A DNA stretch of 64,000 bases, from contig JBPCMN010000058.1 in assembly GCA_051002235.1 (NCBI GenBank), positions 3,769 through 67,768 of the forward strand. The letters are read 5' to 3'. The notes beneath the pieces were generated by a model. It had not been told where the DNA came from and did no database searches. It saw nothing but the letters and a program-made list of their open reading frames with translations. Numbering within the stretch: the first letter of the stretch is position 1; each line of letters starts with the position of its first letter. This stretch comes from Acidimicrobiia bacterium. Lineage in GTDB: Bacteria; Actinomycetota; Acidimicrobiia; IMCC26256; JACDBD01. The position numbers and the translations under genes were made by a program. Below are positions 57,208 through 64,000 of the stretch, one piece after another.

Positions 57208-59052
57208 GTGGAGGCCCGCGTCACCGCGGCCATGGTCGCCCGCACCCACGTCGTGGCCGAGCCCCGCTGGAGCGCGTCCGGCCGCCTCGTCGCGTGGGTC
57301 GACGCGTTCGACGGCCGCGCCGACCTCGTCGTGGCGCGCGTGAACGGCGCGTCGTTGCCGCTGGTCGTCACCGCTGACGTCCCCGTGACATCGGTCGGCG
57401 CGTACGGCGGCGGCGCGTTCGCGTGGGCGGGTGACGACCAACTCGTCTTCGCCGCGGCCGACGGACGCCTGCTCGTGGTCGCGCCCGAAGAAGGCGGCGG
57501 CACCGCGCGCGTCGTCAGCCGCGACGGCCAGGCGGCGGCGCCGGCGGTCTCCCCCGACGGCACCCGGGTGGCGTTCATCCTCGAGCGCGACGACGCCTGT
57601 GACATCGCGGTGGCCCCGCTCGACGGCGCGGCCTGGCCGGCGCGCGTGTCGGAAGGCGCCGACTACGCCTGGGACCCGGCGTGGGCGCCCGACGGCGACG
57701 GGCTGGCGTGGCACGAGTGGGACCTGCCCAACATGCCGTGGGACGGCTCCCGGGTGGCGTGCCGCAAGGTCGACGGGCTCGCGCCCGCCGGGGTTCCGCA
57801 GGTCGTGGCGGGAGGCGACGACGTCAGCGTCGGCCAGCCCCGGTTCGCACCCGACGGATCGGCCCTCGCCTTCGTCAGCGACGGCACCGGGTGGGCCAAC
57901 GTCTGGCTGGCGGCGGCCGACGGGTCGCGGGCCCGTCCCCTGATCGAGGAGCCCCGCGAGCACGCCGAGCCCTCGTGGGGGCCGGGCCAGCGGTCGTTCG
58001 CGTGGGCACCCGACTCCGCCGCGCTCGCGTTCGGTCGCAACGAGGAGGGCTTCGGCCACCTGGTCGTGGTGGCCGGCGACGGTTCCGGCGCCCGCCCGGT
58101 CTCGACCGGATGGCACCAGGGGCTTGATTGGGGCGGGTCGGGGCTGGTCTGTGTGCGCTCGGCTCCGCGCACCGCGCCCGTCATCACGGTGAACCCCGCC
58201 GACACCGAGCCGGGACGGACGCTCGCGGTCGGGGCGGTGGCCGGGCTCGAGCCGGCCGCCGCGGTCGAACCCCAGACCGTCGAGTGGCGAGCCGAGGACG
58301 GGGTGACCGTTCCCGGGTTGCTCTGGCAGCCGCGCGTGCCCGCTCTCGGGTCGGGCACGCTGCCTCCGCTGCTTGTCGACGTGCACGGCGGGCCGACCGG
58401 CCAGGCGAGCGCGTCGTGGTCGCCGCGCCACCAGTTCTTCGTCGACCGCGGGTGGGCGGTCCTCACGCCCAATTACCGCGGCTCCACCGGCTACGGCCGG
58501 GCCTACGCCCAGGCGCTGGCGGCGCGCTGGGGCCACTGCGACGTCACCGACACCGCCGCCGGGATCCGCCACGCCCGGCGCGGCCGGTGGTGCGATCCCG
58601 ACCGCGTCGCGGTCATGGGCGGGAGCGCCGGCGGACTCACCGTGCTGCTACTCGCGGCCCGTCATCCCGAGTTGGTCCGCGCCGCGGTGAGCCTCTACGG
58701 AGTCACCGACCTCTTCGACCTCGCCGAGACGACCCACCGGTTCGAGTCGCGCTACCTCGATCGCATCGTCGGCACCCTGCCCCGGAACGCCGGCCGCTAC
58801 CGCGAGCGCTCGCCGGTGACCCACGCGGGCGAGATCACGGTCCCGGTCCTGATGCTCCAGGGCGCCGACGACAAGGTCGTCCCGCCGGGCCAGGCGCGTC
58901 TCATGGTGGATGCGATGCGGGCGGCGGGGACGGCGGTCGACTACCACGAGTACGAGGGCGAGGGTCACGGCTTCACCCGGGTCGCGACCATCGCCGACGC
59001 GCTCGAGCGCACGGACGCGTTCCTGACTCGCCACGTGCTGCGCCGAACATGA
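57208..59052 (+). CDS. S9-family serine peptidase (prolyl oligopeptidase/acylaminoacyl-peptidase type) with N-terminal beta-propeller
   Basis: Track ORF of 614 aa. Repeated SPDG/APDG propeller motifs are followed by VMGGSAGGLTV (GxSxGG), LQGADDKVV and GEGHGF. Confidence 0.9.
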   Translation: MEARVTAAMVARTHVVAEPRWSASGRLVAWVDAFDGRADLVVARVNGASLPLVVTADVPVTSVGAYGGGAFAWAGDDQLVFAAADGRLLVVAPEEGGGTARVVSRDGQAAAPAVSPDGTRVAFILERDDACDIAVAPLDGAAWPARVSEGADYAWDPAWAPDGDGLAWHEWDLPNMPWDGSRVACRKVDGLAPAGVPQVVAGGDDVSVGQPRFAPDGSALAFVSDGTGWANVWLAAADGSRARPLIEEPREHAEPSWGPGQRSFAWAPDSAALAFGRNEEGFGHLVVVAGDGSGARPVSTGWHQGLDWGGSGLVCVRSAPRTAPVITVNPADTEPGRTLAVGAVAGLEPAAAVEPQTVEWRAEDGVTVPGLLWQPRVPALGSGTLPPLLVDVHGGPTGQASASWSPRHQFFVDRGWAVLTPNYRGSTGYGRAYAQALAARWGHCDVTDTAAGIRHARRGRWCDPDRVAVMGGSAGGLTVLLLAARHPELVRAAVSLYGVTDLFDLAETTHRFESRYLDRIVGTLPRNAGRYRERSPVTHAGEITVPVLMLQGADDKVVPPGQARLMVDAMRAAGTAVDYHEYEGEGHGFTRVATIADALERTDAFLTRHVLRRT

Positions 59053-59062
59053 GAAGGCGGTC

Positions 59063-59704
59063 GTGAGCACGTACGCGTTCCAAGGGCCGCGCCGTGGTGC
59101 CGACCGCGGAGTGCTGCTCGCGCACGGCGCCGGGTCCGACAAGGACGCGCCGGCCCTGAAGGCGGTCGCGTCGTCGCTGGCGGATGCGGGCGTGCCGTCG
59201 CTGCGCTTCGACTACCCGTACCGGGTGGCGAAGAAGCGCGCACCCGACCGGGCGCCGGTGCTGGACCGCGCCACCCGCGACGCCGCGGCCGAGCTGGCGA
59301 AACGGGCGGGGCTGCCGGCCGAGCGGCTCGTTCTCGGCGGACGGTCGATGGGCGGTCGCTACTGCTCGCTCATCGTCGGGGACGAGGAGGTTCCGGTTCC
59401 GGCCCTGGGTCTGCTGCTGCTCGGCTACCCGCTGCACCCGGCCGGGCAGCCCGACCGGTTGCGCGTCGACCACTTCCCCCGGCTGCGGATGCCTTGTCTG
59501 TTCGTGAGCGGGACGCGCGACTCGCTCGCCGGACGCGACGCCCTGGCCAAGGCGGCGAACGCGATCAAGGGCAAGGTCGCGTTCCACTGGCTCGAATCGG
59601 CCGACCACGGGTACCGGCCGCTCAAAGCCAGCGGTCGCACCCTCCCCGACGTCGTCGCCGAAGTCGCGGAAGTGTCGGCCGCCTGGGTGACGAAGTTGCG
59701 CTAA
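59063..59704 (+). CDS. alpha/beta hydrolase (KANL3/Tex30-like)
   Basis: Track ORF of 213 aa: VLLAHGAGSDKDAP...LGGRSMGGRY...SGTRDSL...DHGY. Confidence 0.85.
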   Translation: MSTYAFQGPRRGADRGVLLAHGAGSDKDAPALKAVASSLADAGVPSLRFDYPYRVAKKRAPDRAPVLDRATRDAAAELAKRAGLPAERLVLGGRSMGGRYCSLIVGDEEVPVPALGLLLLGYPLHPAGQPDRLRVDHFPRLRMPCLFVSGTRDSLAGRDALAKAANAIKGKVAFHWLESADHGYRPLKASGRTLPDVVAEVAEVSAAWVTKLR

Positions 59705-59920
59705 CTCTTCGGTCGCGCTCGCGTCGCTCGCCGCTCCCGCACGCAGCTGACTGGCCGGGGCCCGGGGTACCGGCCCCCGCTGGGCTGATGGCAGGCCATA
59801 GCGACTGTGTGTCAAGCGTCACACCGGGCTGACCTGCACGGACGGCGAAGCCGGCGCGAACGCTGGGTGAAACGCCCTGAATCATCGGCGTTTCGGCCGT
59901 GGCATGCGGGAGAATGGGAC

Positions 59921-60433
59921 ATGCGAGTCAGCCGGTCGTTCGCCTTCGTCGATCTCTGCGGGTTCACCCGCTTCACCGACGCGCACGGCGACGAGGAGGC
60001 AGTGGCGGTCCTCACCCAGTTCCGGGCGTGCGTGCGCGAGGTCGCGTCGGAGTTCGGCGTGCGGGTGGCGAAGTGGCTCGGTGACGGCGCGATGTTCGTG
60101 AGCACCGAGCCCGAGCAGCTCGTCGCGTGCGTAGCCGAGCTCGAGCACCGCATCGAGGTCGCCGGCATCGCACTCCCGATCCGGTCGGGCATGGCCGGCG
60201 GCGACGTCATCCTGTTCGAAGGCGACGACTACATCGGTGGTCCGATCAACCTGGCGGCGCGGCTGTGCGACCAGGCCGAGCCCAACGAGGTGCTGGCCAC
60301 CGCCGACCTTGCCGACGTCAAACCCCCGTGGGCCGAGGCCCGCCCCGTCGGCACGCGCGCGGTGCCGGGCTTCGTGCAGCCGATCGCGGTCTTCTGCGTG
60401 TCACTGCCGGTCACCGCGGAGCTCCGCCTCTAA
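59921..60433 (+). CDS. single-domain class III adenylate/guanylate cyclase
   Basis: ATG at 59921 inside track ORF 59807..60433: SFAFVDLCGFTRFT...KWLGDGAMFV...GGPINLAARL. A GC-rich hairpin (GCGGGCCGG.../...CCGGCCCGC, about 60458-60494) follows the stop. Confidence 0.8.
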   Translation: MRVSRSFAFVDLCGFTRFTDAHGDEEAVAVLTQFRACVREVASEFGVRVAKWLGDGAMFVSTEPEQLVACVAELEHRIEVAGIALPIRSGMAGGDVILFEGDDYIGGPINLAARLCDQAEPNEVLATADLADVKPPWAEARPVGTRAVPGFVQPIAVFCVSLPVTAELRL

Positions 60434-60576
60434 TTCTCCTTGTCTCGCTCGCTCGTTGCGGGCCGGGCCATCCACGAAGGGCTGGCCGGCCCGCGGGCAC
60501 TCGCTCGCTGGCGAGCGGCTCCGCTCCCTCCGGTCGCTCCGCCGCCGCGTGCAGGTCCAGTCGCTAGCCTGCATGC

Positions 60577-61407
60577 ATGAACACCCTCACGCTCGAGCGC
60601 GAAGGCAACGTCGGCTGGCTCCATCTGAACCGGCCCGACCGGCTCAACTCGTTCACGATCGAGATGTGGCGCGAGCTCGGCGAGCTCGGCGACGAGCTGC
60701 GCGACGACGCCGACCTGCGCGCCCTGGTCGTCATCGGTGAGGGGCGCGCGTTCTCGAGCGGGATCGACACGTCGGTGTTCGCCGGCGGCGGCCGGGACGA
60801 CGAGCGCCTGGACGAGCTGGGCGCGGGTCGCGAAGTTGGTGCCCGCCACGACGACCCGGTCGTCGACTCCATCATGCGCACCCAGGACTCGTTCACCTGG
60901 CTGGCGGAAGCGCCGTTCGCCACCATCGCGGCGGTGCGCGGCTACGCCCTCGGTGCCGGCCTCCAGCTGGCGCTGGCATGCGATGTGCGCGTCATGGCGC
61001 GAGGCACCCAGGTCGGGCTGCTCGAGTTCAAGTACGGGATCATCCCCGACCTCGGCGGCACCCAACGCCTGCCGCGCCTGGTCGGGGTGGGGAAGGCGAA
61101 GGAGCTTATCTTCACTGCCCAGCGCATCGACGCCGACGAAGCCGCCCGCATCGGGATCGCCGAGCGGCTCGTCGACGACGCCGAGCTCGAGCAGGTCGCG
61201 GGCGAGATCGCCACGACGATCGCGAGGCAGCCGCCGTTGGCGGTGCGCGCCGCCAAGCGCGCCATCGCCGCGTCGGGCGACCTCCCGATCCGCGACGGGC
61301 TTCGGATCGAAGCGGAGGGCCAGAAGACCTGCTTGACCTCCGACGACATGAAGGAGGCCATTGCCGCCTTCGTGGAGCAGCGCCGGCCGGAGTACCACGG
61401 CCGATGA
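60577..61407 (+). CDS. enoyl-CoA hydratase/isomerase (crotonase) family protein
   Basis: Track ORF of 276 aa: [14 protein letters not shown]...[22 protein letters not shown]...[17 protein letters not shown]. Confidence 0.9.
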   Translation: MNTLTLEREGNVGWLHLNRPDRLNSFTIEMWRELGELGDELRDDADLRALVVIGEGRAFSSGIDTSVFAGGGRDDERLDELGAGREVGARHDDPVVDSIMRTQDSFTWLAEAPFATIAAVRGYALGAGLQLALACDVRVMARGTQVGLLEFKYGIIPDLGGTQRLPRLVGVGKAKELIFTAQRIDADEAARIGIAERLVDDAELEQVAGEIATTIARQPPLAVRAAKRAIAASGDLPIRDGLRIEAEGQKTCLTSDDMKEAIAAFVEQRRPEYHGR

Positions 61408-62669
61408 CGGAGAAGCTGGTGGTCCGCGCCCGTGGGCCACTGCGCGGCACCGTGCGGGTCTCGGGCGCGACCAAGAACGCGGGGCTGAAGCAGATGGCGG
61501 CGGCGCTGCTCGCACCGGGCTGCACTGTCCTGCGCAACGTGACGCCGGTCGCCGATCTCGATGTGATGCTCGACGTGCTGCGGGCGATCGGCGCCGGCGT
61601 CGAGTGGACCGGCCCCGACGAGCTCACGATCGACGCCCGCCCCGACCTCCACCCCGAGGCCCCGTACGAGCACGTAACCCGACTGCGCGCCTCGATCAAC
61701 GTGCTCGGGCCGCTCCTCGCCCGCTGCGGCGAGGCCCGGGTGGCCATGCCGGGCGGCGACAACATCGGGAGCCGCAAGCTCGACATGCACTTCCGCGGCC
61801 TGCAGGCGATGGGGGCCGAGCTCGAGGTCGTACACGGCTTCATCGAAGCCCGGTGCAACGCGTTGTGCGGCGCACGGGTGGTCCTGGAGTTCCCCAGCGT
61901 CGGCGCGACCGAGAACCTCCTCACCGCCGCCGTGCTCGCCAAGGGCGCGACGATCATCGAGAACGCGGCGCGCGAGCCCGAGATCACCGACCTCGCCGCT
62001 TTCCTGAACCGCATGGGCGCGCACGTCGCCGGCGCAGGCACGTCCACCATCGAGGTGGAGGGCGTGGAGGAGCTGACGCCGGTCGCGAGCACGCTCATGG
62101 GCGACCGCATCGAGGCCGGGACGTTCCTGATGGCATGCGGCATCGCCGGCGGCGAGATCGCGATCGAGGGCACCGAGCTCGCCCACCTCGAGATGGTGGT
62201 CGTGAAGCTGGGCGAGATGGGCCTGAAGGTGTCGCGGACTCCGGACGGGCTGTGGGCCCGGGCCGACGACCGCCTCCAGGCCATCGACGTGGCGACGCTG
62301 CCCTACCCGGGGTTCGCCACCGACTTCATGCCGCTCGTGGTCGCGCTGCTCGCCACCGCCGAGGGCACCGCCATCGTCACCGAGAACGTGTTCGACAGCC
62401 GGTTCAGCTTCGTCGACGAGCTCAACCGGATGGGTGCCGACGTCCGCAACGAGGGCCGTCACGCGGTTGTGCGTGGGGTGCCCCGGCTGTCGGGGGCCCC
62501 GGTGCGCGCCCTCGACGTCCGGGCGGGTGCCGCGCTCGTGCTCGCGGGCCTGGCCGCCGACGGCGAGACCGAGGTGCTCGACCCGTATCACGTGGATCGG
62601 GGCTATCCGGACCTCGCCGGCCGGCTGTGTTCCCTTGGTGCCGATGTGGAGAGAGCTTCGTTGGAATAG
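61404..62669 (+). CDS. murA: UDP-N-acetylglucosamine 1-carboxyvinyltransferase
   Basis: ATG at 61404 (ATGA overlap) inside track ORF 60978..62669: [12 protein letters not shown]...[14 protein letters not shown]...[11 protein letters not shown]...[10 protein letters not shown]. Confidence 0.95.
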   Translation: MTEKLVVRARGPLRGTVRVSGATKNAGLKQMAAALLAPGCTVLRNVTPVADLDVMLDVLRAIGAGVEWTGPDELTIDARPDLHPEAPYEHVTRLRASINVLGPLLARCGEARVAMPGGDNIGSRKLDMHFRGLQAMGAELEVVHGFIEARCNALCGARVVLEFPSVGATENLLTAAVLAKGATIIENAAREPEITDLAAFLNRMGAHVAGAGTSTIEVEGVEELTPVASTLMGDRIEAGTFLMACGIAGGEIAIEGTELAHLEMVVVKLGEMGLKVSRTPDGLWARADDRLQAIDVATLPYPGFATDFMPLVVALLATAEGTAIVTENVFDSRFSFVDELNRMGADVRNEGRHAVVRGVPRLSGAPVRALDVRAGAALVLAGLAADGETEVLDPYHVDRGYPDLAGRLCSLGADVERASLE

Positions 62670-62734
62670 AGCAGGCCTGCCATCCGCTGCGCGTGAGTAG
62701 GGAATTGTGCGGGAGCGGCGAGCGTTCCGAAGGA

Positions 62735-62759
62735 CAGCGGCCAGGTAGCCTGGCCGCTG
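62735..62759 (+). terminator. perfect 11-bp hairpin after murA
   Basis: CAGCGGCCAGG-TAG-CCTGGCCGCTG, 66 nt after the murA stop. No U tract follows. Confidence 0.4.
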
Positions 62760-62792
62760 AGCGAGTGTGACCAAGAGAGCTAGAGTTGTTTG

Positions 62793-63038
62793 ATGCCTGA
62801 TACCGACACCGCTGAGCTCGAGCCCCTCGTCCTCGAGGCGATCGAGGCGATTCGCCCCGCGCTCCAGAGCGACGGCGGCGACATCGAATTCAACGGCATC
62901 GACGCCGACATGGTCGTCCACGTCACGCTCGTGGGCGCCTGCGGCACCTGCCCGGTGTCGATGATGACCCTCAAGGCCGGGGTCGAGCGGATCATCATGG
63001 ACCGCGCTCCCGGCATTACCGAGGTCGTCGCCGACTAG
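62793..63038 (+). CDS. NifU-like (Nfu-type) Fe-S cluster carrier domain protein
   Basis: Track ORF 62790..63038: IRPALQSDGGDIEF...VTLVGACGTCPVSMMTLKAGVE (CxxC). Confidence 0.85.
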   Translation: MPDTDTAELEPLVLEAIEAIRPALQSDGGDIEFNGIDADMVVHVTLVGACGTCPVSMMTLKAGVERIIMDRAPGITEVVAD

Positions 63039-63060
63039 CGCTCCTGATGGGGCGACTGTG

Positions 63061-64000
<940 letters not shown>

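Noticed and set aside
55858-58572. A 904-aa ORF suggesting a giant glycosyltransferase.
   Set aside because: Only the last 428 aa (from ATG 57144) resemble a GT4 enzyme. The upstream 476 aa are antisense to the S9 peptidase gene and are R/G/P-rich.
59705-59920. A GC-rich palindromic stretch (GGCCGGGGCCCGGGGTACCGGCCCC) and an 8-bp hairpin (GAAACGCC...GGCGTTTC) upstream of the cyclase gene, considered as a riboswitch or regulatory RNA.
   Set aside because: I recognise no conserved riboswitch core. Short GC palindromes are frequent in this composition. This is insufficient evidence without covariance or conservation analysis.
60942-62921. A 659-aa minus ORF across the enoyl-CoA hydratase and murA genes. 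The same applies to similar ORFs at 45202..47169, 41567..42862, 14167..15450, 15633..16931, 16772..18055, 46718..47872 and 20747..22327.
   Set aside because: All are antisense to genes with strong conserved motifs (atpA/G/D, atpB, lysA, hom, thrC, murA, apgM). All show low-complexity, high-Arg composition.

Overview
This is a 64-kb high-G+C chromosomal segment of Actinomycetota type; spot counts in core genes give about 73% G+C. Positions 1 to about 10.7 kb form a lower-G+C restriction/defence island (spot count about 55%) that ends at the 3' end of a tRNA-Arg(CCG) gene. The island holds five modules. (1) A partial C5-MTase preceded by a small RHH protein. (2) A translationally coupled dcm / GHKL-ATPase-nuclease-fold / vsr operon. 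(3) An abutting PD-(D/E)XK + EVE-HNH pair. (4) An hsdS remnant. (5) A three-gene operon of an HTH-SF2 helicase, a small Cys-containing protein and a UPF0489 arginase-fold protein. I rate the last operon as the best candidate for an undescribed system. The remaining ~53 kb is core genome in the conserved actinobacterial order argS-lysA-hom-thrC ... rho-rpmE ... prfA-prmC ... rpiB-glyA-wecA-atpIBEFHAGDC, followed by glpX, an acyl-CoA mutase subunit, murA and meaB. Four accessory blocks interrupt this order. The first carries an SDR, phd/vapC, a PQQ dehydrogenase and an archaeal-type apgM / cyclic-2,3-diphosphoglycerate synthetase / 2-phosphoglycerate kinase cluster. The second carries a putative diiron protein and an LLM oxidoreductase. 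The third carries a DUF222-HNH gene and a translationally coupled chain of a small protein, two Cas4-like nuclease-fold proteins and a thiolase-like protein. The fourth is a GT4 / methyltransferase / prenyltransferase-like cluster. I saw no rRNA, CRISPR array, transposase or integrase. Many long ORFs in the supplied track are antisense or out-of-frame artefacts of the high G+C content. All family assignments come from motif recognition by eye, not from database searches.
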